32,000 nt of DNA from Gemmata obscuriglobus. Its GTDB lineage: Bacteria; Planctomycetota; Planctomycetia; Gemmatales; Gemmataceae. Below are positions 23,501-31,963 of the stretch, in pieces. The stretch lies in NCBI RefSeq assembly GCF_008065095.1, contig NZ_CP042911.1, positions 8,370,001 to 8,402,000 on the forward strand. The letters are read 5' to 3'. Numbering within the stretch: the first letter of the stretch is position 1; each line of letters starts with the position of its first letter. The notes below the pieces were generated by a model. The model ran no database searches, was not told the origin of the DNA, and saw nothing but the letters and a program-made list of their open reading frames with translations. Made by a program: the position numbers and the translations under genes.

Positions 23501-25625
23501 TGCGGACATCAACCGACAGATCACCCGCGACCCGCAACAGCGACTCGTCGAACACCGACACGATCAAATCGACCTCTTCCGCGCGGTTCACGTGGAACCC
23601 GAGCTTCACCTCCGCGCCGGGGCGGACCGTCTCGGGCACGGTCGTGGCGACCGTCAGCGTGCGGTCGGTGGGGACGACGTACAGATCGTGCTGGTCGGCG
23701 TGGACGCGGCCGGGCGCCTCCGGGTACTGCGCGCACACGGCGCAGCCGTACCGCAGGTTCGCGGGCAGTTGCTCATCAACGCGCGCCACCCCGTTTGGCC
23801 CTGTGGTGAGCACCTTGACCAGCTTCACGCCCGCGGCGTCGCGCAGCGTGAGCAGCACCCGCGCACCCGCGAACCGGGTGTGAACGGCGCCGGTCAGCGT
23901 GCTCCCGGCGGGCACCTCGCGGGCGTCGAGCCGCAGCGCCAGCCCCGGGAGGTGCTCGACGTGCTTCACCACCACGCCGGTTTCGCTCTGAAGTACGGTT
24001 CCGTCGCCCAGCCGCGACACCGCGAGCAGTTTGTACGCCCCGGGCTCGCGCAACATGACATCGGCTGCGCCGTTCGCGACCGGCACGACACTCTGAAACG
24101 TGCGCTTCACGGGGTCGAACACGGGTCGCGCGGTCCACCCGGTCGCCGGCACCGGGGCGGGGGCCGGCGCACCGAGCGGCGCCAGCCGGGGGCCGCCCGA
24201 TGTCAGCTCGCTGTCGGCCGCCGGCGTCGCCCACGGCGCCGCGAAGTTGGCCCCGAGCTTCACCACGGCGACAGTAGTGGTGTGGGCCTCCCGCGCGCCC
24301 AGCCCGTCGATCGTGACTGTTGCGGTCACTTTTTCGTCGGTGGTGTACAGCTCTTTTGGCGTGACGATGCGAAGCGCTTTCGCGCCTGCGGGCGCGAGCG
24401 AGAAGGTGCCGGCGGCGTTGCTCTCGCGCCCGGTCTCGTCCAGAAAGCGCGCGGTCACCGCGACCGAGTGCTCGCCCCGCAGCCACGCCGGCCACAGGTC
24501 GAGTTCGGTGGTCGTCGGCCGCCCGAGGGCGAACTCCGCTTTGCCCTCGCGGGCGGCGACGGTGCGGGCGCCGAGCCCCGCGAACGACATCGCGGACACG
24601 TTGTTCGCGAGCGTCAGCAGGCGCTCGTCGCTCGGCAGCGCGTCGAAGTCGTCGGCCGACGGCGGCCCGCCCTCGTTCGCGACGAACTGCTCCGGCTCCA
24701 GCGCGAGCTTACCGACCTCCGCGGCCCGGGTGACCACCGCGGACCACGTCGCCGACGCGCCCGCGACCGCGCGGCCGAGGTAGTCGCGGGCGTCGAACGT
24801 GACGACGAGCTTGCCGCCCCGGACTTCGCCCTTGAGCTTGAGGCTCACCTGCGTCTTGCGGTACTCGCCGAGCAGCACCCGGGCGGCGCCGTCGAGCGGC
24901 GTCGCGCCGGCTTCGTGCAGGATTCGCAAGGTGTAGTGGTCGAGCGCATCAGCATCCGCAAACGTGTACTCGCCGGTCACGCGCCCGCTCGCGTCGGAGC
25001 GGACCTTCACCCGCGCCGCCCGGGTGCGGCGCGTCTCACTCACCAGTTCGGCCATGAAGTCCCGGTTCGCGAGCGGCGTGAACTCCAGCCCGTCGGCGGT
25101 GTGGTGCAGGTGCGCCACGAACTTGAGCGTGTGCCCGGGGCGGTACGCGGAGCGGTCTGTGACGATGAACGCGGACTGGCGCACGCGCTCCGCTTTCGCG
25201 GGGAGGGTGGTCCGGGCGGTCAGCGCCTTATTCCCGTTGCGTGCCGGGACGGTCACGGTTACCGGCCGCGGCGTCGCGCCGGAGTTGGCCCATTCGAACG
25301 TGTTGTCCTCGCTGAGGGTGGCCTTGTGTTCGACGTTGCCGGCCTTGATGGTGACCGTTGCGCCGTCGTAGCTGCGGCCACCCGCGACCCAGCCGCGGAG
25401 CCCGGTCTCGTCCGGCAGAAGGATCAGTTCGGGCTTGTTCGCCGCGGGCTCCACCTGCGCGAACAGTGGCACCAGCTCCGGCTCCTTCGCCGCAAGTCGC
25501 TTTTCCGATTCGCCTTCGGTCTGGCCTGGCGGCTTGCTGCCGAGCGCGAGCACCGCAGAAATGAGGAAGAGGCCGGCCGCCGTTGCCGACAGCCAGCGCG
25601 GAAGAGAGTGAACCCACCGCATCAT
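20511..25625 (-). CDS. Alpha-2-macroglobulin family protein with thioester motif (1704 aa), secreted
   Basis: Signal-like start MMRWVHSLPRWLSATAAGLFLISAVLALG (Met at 25625). Multiple MG-type beta-sandwich segments. Thioester site YPYGCVEQTMSRFLP (CVEQ encoded at 21987-21998). A TED-like alpha/alpha segment (GGWGWQGSGQTHEMMTPYALFGLL). A C-terminal receptor-like domain. Confidence 0.9.
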   Translation of the reverse strand: MMRWVHSLPRWLSATAAGLFLISAVLALGSKPPGQTEGESEKRLAAKEPELVPLFAQVEPAANKPELILLPDETGLRGWVAGGRSYDGATVTIKAGNVEHKATLSEDNTFEWANSGATPRPVTVTVPARNGNKALTARTTLPAKAERVRQSAFIVTDRSAYRPGHTLKFVAHLHHTADGLEFTPLANRDFMAELVSETRRTRAARVKVRSDASGRVTGEYTFADADALDHYTLRILHEAGATPLDGAARVLLGEYRKTQVSLKLKGEVRGGKLVVTFDARDYLGRAVAGASATWSAVVTRAAEVGKLALEPEQFVANEGGPPSADDFDALPSDERLLTLANNVSAMSFAGLGARTVAAREGKAEFALGRPTTTELDLWPAWLRGEHSVAVTARFLDETGRESNAAGTFSLAPAGAKALRIVTPKELYTTDEKVTATVTIDGLGAREAHTTTVAVVKLGANFAAPWATPAADSELTSGGPRLAPLGAPAPAPVPATGWTARPVFDPVKRTFQSVVPVANGAADVMLREPGAYKLLAVSRLGDGTVLQSETGVVVKHVEHLPGLALRLDAREVPAGSTLTGAVHTRFAGARVLLTLRDAAGVKLVKVLTTGPNGVARVDEQLPANLRYGCAVCAQYPEAPGRVHADQHDLYVVPTDRTLTVATTVPETVRPGAEVKLGFHVNRAEEVDLIVSVFDESLLRVAGDLSVDVRSRFLADARGRGRAARDLVATRLGSVGVAELVAKARKLLADKAALAKEPGVEHQLQHLAQSGPAGVLTLGDIVTLVRLAGFTVYVAQPSHPQAPQWKVPKAALLADLFRPDAVAEETRQRLSAAVIGTEVLIGLVPHNGPDPWAGHRGNLNQAVPCYGFGCSGSMPSGSFCGGFNCGGYQPNGQFGIAGFSGGGFSGVGGGQLGQYGNLGNGIGGFGGGFAGINGGFGGGIAGGIGGIGGGVAGHGNAPRPGAGGAEVAPPPGPVGLAGGPLPGAAEPGLGAGEELVRRDRADSAFWSASLRTDRAGAATATFKVPDALTGWRVQVTAVSPKMHVGTATARFETSRLVMIWPMLPRAFAEGDVARVFGTVHNLSDQEQNVRAHLRAENGRVLSAAEQVLKVPANGTVPVYWTYKAGAPGTTELLMSVKSDAGTDAALKKIPVTSPAVPERVTVSGVVGRGALTFEMPEGFNPKTAQVTVAVAPTIAADLADTLPYLVEYPYGCVEQTMSRFLPALRVAAILKQSGIGVTKELEEKLPKVVDAGQKRLIQLQQPDGGWGWQGSGQTHEMMTPYALFGLLAAEDAGYPCPSPTAIGRGMARLKQYLDHTAGPWDLAISRGWGTAFGAGGRNATEVNDALFCLWVAGLSGEHLRTAGIDLSPWFGRIDKTAGHKELSDTGHAQALELAVKHRHPALADKLAKELHRRAKNSGERVFWTRAGFSRWGDNTTEVTATVMKALVARDPTDPLIPGVLAYFHGTKRGDRWDSTKDTACVLYALCDYLAAVRAGPAALGSVKVFANGTERGGATLDSTASKVMTFGGAALKPGDNTIEVRGAEAAGALVRVQVRFTRASGEATPARDHGVKMTRTVSVRGADGNWTELASGASVPVGSFVKVRVTATPSAGALQFFLIESPKPAGAETIPATDKRFPTASGHVLREDREGMTCFHYETAPAATAEFVALTEFAGEFTLPPARGELMYQPASGGHSDSFVLKVTAK

Positions 25626-25750
25626 CACACCCCTTTCCGGGACGCTCACAGGCACGCGCTATAACGCCCGGGGCGCGGAAACGTTGGTAAGGGGCATGCG
25701 CCGGTCCAGATCGTCGGCGCAACCGGTGGAGAGAACACGACGTGCGCCCG

Positions 25751-27013
25751 TCACCGGTGCGCGCCGGGCTCGGGCGGTTCGCGGAACAGCAGCGCGAACG
25801 CTACCAGTGCGAGCGCGTACCCGATCAGCGGCACCGCCCACACGGTCGGCCAGTCGGTGACCGTGCCGGCGCGGTTCGCCTCCACCACACCGCCGGCCAA
25901 GAAGTTGCCCACCAGCACCGCCGGGCCGCTCCCCAGGAAGGTCACCAGCGACTGCGCCCCGGCGCGCAGGTGCGGCGGGGCCTCGCGGTCCACGAAGTAC
26001 GAGCCCAGCAGGCCGTAGAACGCGTACCCCCAGCCGTGCATCGGCAGCGCCACCGCCACCACGGCCGGCACGTTCGCGAGGTACAAGAGCGCGTTGCGCA
26101 ACAGCAGGCCGCCGAGCCCGATCAGCATGAGGTGTTTCAGCTTCATGCGGCGCAGCAGCCACGGGGTCGCGGCCATGCACCCGATCTCGCACACCTGCGC
26201 CAGCGTCATCACGACTTCGGGCGCGAGCCGCCCGTAGCGCCCGAGGTCCAGTTCCACGCCCAGATCCTTCAGGAACGGCGAGACGAACTGCGCGTAGAAC
26301 TGGTTCATCAGGTTGCACACCAGCAGCACCAGCGCGAACACCAGGAACGAGCGGTCCCGGAACATCTTGACCGCCGGCAGCCCGAGCACCTCGCGGAGCG
26401 GGCGCCCGTGCCCCTTCGGGGGCGTGTGCGGGAGCACCAGCGCGAACGCCGCGAGCGCCGCCGACGTGGCCGCCGCCAGGTACAGCGGCTGCGGCGAGAT
26501 CGGGTTCAGCGCCCACCCGGTCACGAACCCGGCCACCACCCACCCGAACGTGCCCACCAGCCGCACGTACCAGAACGTCCCGCCGCCCGCGGGGAGGTTC
26601 CGGAAGCTGATGACCACCGCGAGCGTGAGCGTGATCTGGGTACCGACCGCGTAGCCCAGGACGAGCAGGAACAGCGGCGCCACGGCGTCGGCCGGGTCCG
26701 CGGTGGCGCCGTCGTGGGTGTCGCACCACGCCGCGGCGGCGCCGACCAGCGCGGCCATGAGCGCGTGCGTGCCGGCGATCACCTTTTCCACCGCGAACCA
26801 GCGGTCCGCGAGCACCCCGACCACCAGCGGGGTGACCGCCGCGCCCATCGCGAACGTCGCGTACACCAGGCTCACGTGCGTGGGTCGGAAGTTGAGCCCG
26901 CCGGCGTCGGCCGCTGTCTGGAGGTACCGGGTCAGCGGCACGATCACCGCCGCCAGCCCGAAGTACTGCAAAAACATCATCAGTGCGAGCCGTCCTGGCA
27001 CCGAGCCGAACAT
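25751..27013 (-). CDS. MFS transporter, nucleoside:H+ symporter-like (NupG/YegT type)
   Basis: 420 aa with about 12 hydrophobic segments. The N-terminal pattern RLALMMFLQYFGLAAVIVPLTRYL is typical of the nucleoside-H+ symporter branch. Confidence 0.75.
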   Translation of the reverse strand: MFGSVPGRLALMMFLQYFGLAAVIVPLTRYLQTAADAGGLNFRPTHVSLVYATFAMGAAVTPLVVGVLADRWFAVEKVIAGTHALMAALVGAAAAWCDTHDGATADPADAVAPLFLLVLGYAVGTQITLTLAVVISFRNLPAGGGTFWYVRLVGTFGWVVAGFVTGWALNPISPQPLYLAAATSAALAAFALVLPHTPPKGHGRPLREVLGLPAVKMFRDRSFLVFALVLLVCNLMNQFYAQFVSPFLKDLGVELDLGRYGRLAPEVVMTLAQVCEIGCMAATPWLLRRMKLKHLMLIGLGGLLLRNALLYLANVPAVVAVALPMHGWGYAFYGLLGSYFVDREAPPHLRAGAQSLVTFLGSGPAVLVGNFLAGGVVEANRAGTVTDWPTVWAVPLIGYALALVAFALLFREPPEPGAHR

Positions 27014-27194
27014 CGGGACTCCGGGTGGGGGCGAGAGGGGGACACGCGTGTTGTATCAGTGCGGAGCCCCGCGCGGCGGTGCGCGGCGGCCGGGCGCAGC
27101 GACCGCGCTTGCAATTTCGGCCCGCCCGGGTTCAATTGCGCAGGTCCGACGGTGACCGTCGCTTCACACGTTCTTCAACTCCGGGAGGGCGGCC

Positions 27195-27737
27195 GTGCCC
27201 ATCATGTTCGATTGCGGGTGCGGGAAGACGCTGCGCGTTCCGGACCAGCACGCCGGCAAGCACGTCAAGTGCCCCGCGTGTAACGGTGTCGCCGCCGTGC
27301 CCGCGGCGGAACCCGAGCCGACGTTCGAGATCGTGGACGACACCGCGGCGCCGCCCGCCCCGTCGCCCAAGGTGCGCGGCAAGCCGGTTCCCGCGCGGGT
27401 GAACGACGACGACGACGATGAGGACCGGCGCGGCTACGGAGTGTCGAAGTCGCGTTACGAGGACGATGAAGAAGAGCGGCCGAGGCCGCGTAAGAAGAAA
27501 AAAAAGATCAAGGCGGCCCGGTCGTTCCCCCGGGATGACTATGACCGCATGGAGAACACCAACAGCACTAGCGCCATCCGCGAAATCGTCGGCGGGGTGA
27601 TCCTGATGGTAATCGGCGGCGGGCTGTTCGCGCTGGCGTGGGCAAACGATCGCATCTCGATCTACGGCATCGTGCTGTTCGTCGGCGGGCTGATCGCACT
27701 GCTCAAGGGCCTAGCCGGCGGCAGCGGCGACGCTTGA
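27195..27737 (+). CDS. Zinc-ribbon membrane protein with charged low-complexity linker
   Basis: GTG start with GGGAGGG 6 nt upstream. CGCG...CPAC four-Cys ribbon (FDCGCGKTLRVPDQHAGKHVKCPACNG). Acidic and basic runs (NDDDDDEDRR..., RKKKKKIK). Two C-terminal TM helices. Confidence 0.7.
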   Translation: MPIMFDCGCGKTLRVPDQHAGKHVKCPACNGVAAVPAAEPEPTFEIVDDTAAPPAPSPKVRGKPVPARVNDDDDDEDRRGYGVSKSRYEDDEEERPRPRKKKKKIKAARSFPRDDYDRMENTNSTSAIREIVGGVILMVIGGGLFALAWANDRISIYGIVLFVGGLIALLKGLAGGSGDA

Positions 27738-27801
27738 GCGGGCGGGCGTTCCTCGCTCACAGGATACGATACGACCGCTTCGTTCGTCGCGGGAATGGGT
27801 T

Positions 27802-28326
27802 ATGGCCGTTATGTTCGGGCTCGGGTGCGTGTGCGTCCTCGTCGGTGCGGGCGTGGCGCTGGCCGTTAGCGGTGTGCTCCTCCGAGCCGCGGTCGCCGCG
27901 GCGAACCGGTTGATCGGGGCACCCAAGCCGCAAGACCCGTTCGGGCAGTGGGACGACTGGGACACCGACGAGCCGGCACCGATCCCGCGCGCGGCTCCGG
28001 CTCGGGCGGTCCCCGAGCCGGGGTTCCTGACCGGGGCACTCGTCACGTTCGTGCTCGGAGCTACGGCCGCAGTCGGATACCTGTGTCTCGTGTTCGTGGC
28101 CGCGGAGTTGCTGAGGGTCAACGTGGACGAGCCCGCCGGGGTCGTGTTGATTTTCCTGGCCGGGCTGCCGTTCACCGGGTTCGGGCTCAGCTTTCTTCTA
28201 ACCGTCACCCTGCCGACCACATTCAAACGGGCCGCACTGGTCGCGTTCCTGTACCACCTGATCGCCATCCCGGTGACGTGTGTCGTGGGGGCGATCATGC
28301 TCGCCTTCGCGTTCCTAATCGGGTGA
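27802..28326 (+). CDS. Hypothetical integral membrane protein (174 aa)
   Basis: Four or five hydrophobic helices (e.g. FGLGCVCVLVGAGVALAVSGVLL, LTGALVTFVLGATAAVGYLCLVFVAA). No motif recognised. Confidence 0.6.
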   Translation: MAVMFGLGCVCVLVGAGVALAVSGVLLRAAVAAANRLIGAPKPQDPFGQWDDWDTDEPAPIPRAAPARAVPEPGFLTGALVTFVLGATAAVGYLCLVFVAAELLRVNVDEPAGVVLIFLAGLPFTGFGLSFLLTVTLPTTFKRAALVAFLYHLIAIPVTCVVGAIMLAFAFLIG

Positions 28327-28372
28327 CGACGCGGAGCGGCCGGGACGTTGCTTGCTGAACCCTGCTGGCGCT

Positions 28373-30082
28373 TTAGTCATCGTGCGCGCCGTGCCGGCTC
28401 GGAGTGCCACCCGGCCGGCGCCCCACCGGCTCAGGCGCCGTCGCGCGCCGCGTCCGGGCCACCGCGTGCTGCCGGGCGATCACGCACGCCGCGACCCACG
28501 CGCCGGCGGCCAGCGCCCCGGCGATCACGTCCGTCGGGTGGTGGGCACCCAGATACACCCGGCTCCAACACACACACACCGCGAGGACGCCGCACGCACC
28601 GGCCACGGCCCACCGCCACCCCGTTCGCCACGCCCCGGCGACCGCCACACAACCGAGGTAGCCGAAGAACCCGACCGCCCGGAGCGCGTGACCGCTCGGG
28701 AAGCTGAACCCGCGGGCCGTGTACCGCGGGTCGGGCAGTTCCGGTCGCGCGATCGCGAACAGGGGCTTCATCACCAACTCGAGCACAACCACCCCGGCGA
28801 CGACCGCGAGCAGGGCCGCCGCGTCCACGTACCGCCGCACGGTCAGGAGAAGCGCCGTCGCGGCCGCTGCCAGCACCGCGAACGCGCCGGGGTCTCCGAA
28901 CGTCGTGACCGCCCGTGCCGCTCCCGTCAGCTCGCCGCCCCCGCGGACGGCCGCACCGGTCCGCTCGTCCCACTCGCGCCACTCCGCGCCGGTCACCCCG
29001 CGCGCGAGCCACACGAACAGCAGAACCGCCACCGCGGCCGCACCGAGGCCGAAGAGGTCCGCGCGGGGCGCCCGCTTCGCCAGCAGGAGCGCACCGCCGA
29101 GCAACCCGAACAGCCGCGGGCCGATCCCCTTCGGCCGCGGCGCGGCCGGCGCCGGCTCGTCGTGCCCTTCGAGCGGCGGTTCGGCGTCCGGACTCGCGTG
29201 ATACCCGGGACCGGTCAGAACCCGGAGCGCGCCGGGAACCACCTCGAACGTGAACCGAGACCCTTCGCACCGTTCGCCGTCCACGCTGAGCGGCAGCGGC
29301 GGGTCCGACTCAACTTCGACCGCCCGCGCGAGCCGGTGGACGACGTTCTCATCGCCGAGGTAGTCGCCGTGCATCAGCCGGGCCGCGACGACCGACAGGT
29401 CGAGCGCGTCGCCCGAGCGGACGACGATCACGTCGAGCAACCCGTCCTCCGGGTTCGCGGTCGGCGCCACGGTGATCCCGCCGGCCGCGGTGCGGGCGTT
29501 GGCGACCACGAGGTTGAGCGCGTCGAACGTTTCGGGCGGGCCGCCGTCGAACCGGAGCGTGAGGCGGAACTGGGGCGGGTCCGCAATGGTCCCGGCGGCC
29601 CCGCGGAGGTACGCGAGCGGCCCCCAGAACGCTTTCAGTTCGGGAGTCACGTCGGCGGCCACCTTGCCGCTGAACCCGCCGGTCGCGGCGTTCACCATAT
29701 AGCCGGTGCGCCCCCCACCGAGGCGCACCGCGTCTACTGCCCGCGGTGCCCCGGCGCGGAGCAGCGTGACCGCCTCGACCGGGTCGAGGGGGACCGCCAT
29801 CGTGCGGCAGAAGTCGTTTCCGGTGCCGAGCGGCAGCACCGCCAGTACGGCCCGCCCGTTCGCGGTCAGCAGCCCGTTGGCCCCGGCGTGAACGGTCCCG
29901 TCCCCGCCCGCCACGGCGACTACGTCATGATCGACCGCCGCCGCGCCGGCGAGCCCGGCGAGGTCGTCGTCCGGGCCGAGTTCGTGCAACGTCACACCGG
30001 GTTCGGCTTCGAGGGCCGTTCGCAGGGCGGTGATCTGTTCGGCCGATCCGGCACGAGGGTTGAACAGTACGCACACCTTCAT
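28373..30082 (-). CDS. Fusion protein: DAG-kinase-like lipid kinase catalytic domain (N) plus PAP2 acid phosphatase membrane domain (C)
   Basis: From Met 30082, the kinase motifs are MKVCVLFNPRAGS, VVAVAGGDGTVHAG and LAVLPLGTGNDF (DAGK_cat/YegS-like). After a Pro/Ala linker and TM helices come the three PAP2 motifs: KPLFAIARP, FPSGHA and SRVYLGAHHPTD. Confidence 0.85.
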   Translation of the reverse strand: MKVCVLFNPRAGSAEQITALRTALEAEPGVTLHELGPDDDLAGLAGAAAVDHDVVAVAGGDGTVHAGANGLLTANGRAVLAVLPLGTGNDFCRTMAVPLDPVEAVTLLRAGAPRAVDAVRLGGGRTGYMVNAATGGFSGKVAADVTPELKAFWGPLAYLRGAAGTIADPPQFRLTLRFDGGPPETFDALNLVVANARTAAGGITVAPTANPEDGLLDVIVVRSGDALDLSVVAARLMHGDYLGDENVVHRLARAVEVESDPPLPLSVDGERCEGSRFTFEVVPGALRVLTGPGYHASPDAEPPLEGHDEPAPAAPRPKGIGPRLFGLLGGALLLAKRAPRADLFGLGAAAVAVLLFVWLARGVTGAEWREWDERTGAAVRGGGELTGAARAVTTFGDPGAFAVLAAAATALLLTVRRYVDAAALLAVVAGVVVLELVMKPLFAIARPELPDPRYTARGFSFPSGHALRAVGFFGYLGCVAVAGAWRTGWRWAVAGACGVLAVCVCWSRVYLGAHHPTDVIAGALAAGAWVAACVIARQHAVARTRRATAPEPVGRRPGGTPSRHGAHDD

Positions 30083-30469
30083 GGAGATCTGCCACCGCCG
30101 AAATAGAGTGGGCGTCGCCGCGCCGAGTCCGTGACCGCACGTGCGAATGCGATTTCCGGGCCGTTTCCATCCGCGCCCGGTTAAATCACGAGGCATCGTA
30201 CCAGATTACGGTGTGTCGCGCGAAGCGGCCGGGGCCACTTCGAGGCTTCGCGGACACAAATATCGGATCAAACGTCGAGCGATCACGTTAGACACGCCGC
30301 ACCGAGAAAAGTGCCGCACGTGGTACAGATGTAGTGTTCCGACGTATCGCAGTGGCGCCGAAGCGGCCCACTTCGGCAGGCATCACCCCAGCGGAGTGCG
30401 GGCGATCGCTCAACAGCCGGGGGGAGGAGAAGAACCGCTCGCCCCGGCGGCCCGACAAGCCATTGGACC

Positions 30470-31963
30470 CTACTTTACCCGCAGAGTGATCTCATACCGC
30501 AGTTGGTTGTTGATGCTCGGCTGAGCACCCGCCGGGGGCGCGCCGGTCAGCGTGAACGTGTTGCCCTTCAGTTCGTACACGAACGGCTTGAGCGTGTCGG
30601 GGTCTTCGGGCACCGGCACCAGCTTGATGTCGGCCAGCGATTTGGGCGGCTTGCCGTCGCCGGCGGCCGCGTGCAACCGGACGGCCTCGACGGCGCGCAT
30701 CAGCGCGACCCGGCGGTTCAGCCGGCTGTGCGCCTCGAACGTCTTCTCGATCGCGGGCACGTTCATCGCGAACACGCTGACGATCGGGTCGCCGCTCTCC
30801 TTGCGCAACTTTTCGGACCGCTCGCGCACCTTCGTAATCTCGGTGCGGGCGTCGGGGACGTTCAGGCTGAAGCACTTCGCGAGGTCGTCGTTGTACGACC
30901 GGTACGCGGCGACCGCCCGCAGCGCCACTACCTGCGCCGCAGGCATCTCCTTGATCGCCGCCGCGTCCCAGCCCAGGGTGAGGAGTTGCTTCCGCGCGCC
31001 CTGGTAGTTCATGGTGGCGTACGCCGTCGTACCGATGCCGCCGGTGCCGATCTGCTTGTCGTCGGGGCGGCCCATCGTCTGGAACGCGGTCATCATCTCT
31101 TCGAGCAGCGCGTTCGCGCGGTCCGTCGAGAGCGCCCCCTTTTCGAGCAGCCGCGCGTTCGGGAACAGGTTGTCGAACAGCCGGGCTTCGCCCTCGAACG
31201 CGATCCGCGGGTCGATGACCGGGCGCGGAAGGGTGGTGAGCGCCCAGTACATGTTCGGGCTGCCCGGGCGCTGAATCAGGTGATCCACTTCGCCCAGGAA
31301 AATGCTGGCGACCGCGACGCCGACGAGCGTGTGAATCAGCGTCGGGCCTTCGCCCACGTCCTTGCCGAGCCGCATCCCGATTTGGATGCAGTGGACGGCC
31401 TCGTCGAACTTCCCCTCCGCGAGCGCGACGCGGGTCCGCAGCTTCTGGAACCGCGCCAGTTCACGGAAGGTTTGCACCTCCGCGAGCAACCCGTCGATGT
31501 TACCGACCGACAGCTTGGAGCCCAGCTCCCAGTCGCACCGGTCGGCCCGTGCGGCGTCGTCGAGCGCGCGGAACGAGGCCGCGTGTGTCGCAAGGTACTT
31601 CTTCACCTCCGCCAGCGGCAGGGCGTCGACGGTCCCCTCTTCCCATCGGATGAGCGTGTCCTGGAGCTTTTTCGATTCCTGGGCGTCACGGGGCCAACTC
31701 GGCTGGAGCAGTTTCGCGCGGTGGTAGTCCATCGCGGCGTTGCCCGGCTTGCGGTCGCGGAGCCGGGGCAACAGTTCGTACTTGAGTGCCGGCGCCGCGG
31801 CCGGGGCCGGCGACGCCGCGAGCCGGGTGACGAGCGCGGCCGGCGAGTGGGAACGCTCCACACCGTCGGGCGGGGCGTCCTTTTTCGGCTCGGGCGCGCG
31901 TTCTGGTGGTTGTGCCCCCGCGAGCGCGCACGCCAGGAGCAGGAAGATCAACACGCGTGCCAT
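30470..31963 (-). CDS. Secreted hypothetical protein (497 aa)
   Basis: Met 31963 starts a signal peptide, MARVLIFLLLACALAGA. The rest is a long, non-repetitive, helix-rich sequence with no recognised motif. Confidence 0.7.
   Translation of the reverse strand: MARVLIFLLLACALAGAQPPERAPEPKKDAPPDGVERSHSPAALVTRLAASPAPAAAPALKYELLPRLRDRKPGNAAMDYHRAKLLQPSWPRDAQESKKLQDTLIRWEEGTVDALPLAEVKKYLATHAASFRALDDAARADRCDWELGSKLSVGNIDGLLAEVQTFRELARFQKLRTRVALAEGKFDEAVHCIQIGMRLGKDVGEGPTLIHTLVGVAVASIFLGEVDHLIQRPGSPNMYWALTTLPRPVIDPRIAFEGEARLFDNLFPNARLLEKGALSTDRANALLEEMMTAFQTMGRPDDKQIGTGGIGTTAYATMNYQGARKQLLTLGWDAAAIKEMPAAQVVALRAVAAYRSYNDDLAKCFSLNVPDARTEITKVRERSEKLRKESGDPIVSVFAMNVPAIEKTFEAHSRLNRRVALMRAVEAVRLHAAAGDGKPPKSLADIKLVPVPEDPDTLKPFVYELKGNTFTLTGAPPAGAQPSINNQLRYEITLRVK

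Noticed and set aside
20382-25664. 1760-aa plus-strand ORF, the longest in the track
   Set aside because: It is antisense to the well-supported A2M gene. The translation is dominated by Arg/Gly/Pro/Ala/His runs with no domain-like sequence. This is the typical shadow ORF of a high-G+C gene, where stops are scarce on the opposite strand.
27014-27194. CAATT...CAATTG partial palindrome (cttgcaatt / caattgcgc) in the divergent MFS / zinc-ribbon promoter region as an operator
   Set aside because: Only 6-7 bp match and the spacing is irregular, which is too weak to call.
25742-30106. Plus-strand ORFs 25742..27283 (513 aa) and 28352..30106 (584 aa)
   Set aside because: They are antisense to the MFS transporter and the DAGK-PAP2 genes respectively. 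Their Arg/His/Glu/Pro-rich translations have no transmembrane or enzymatic signatures.
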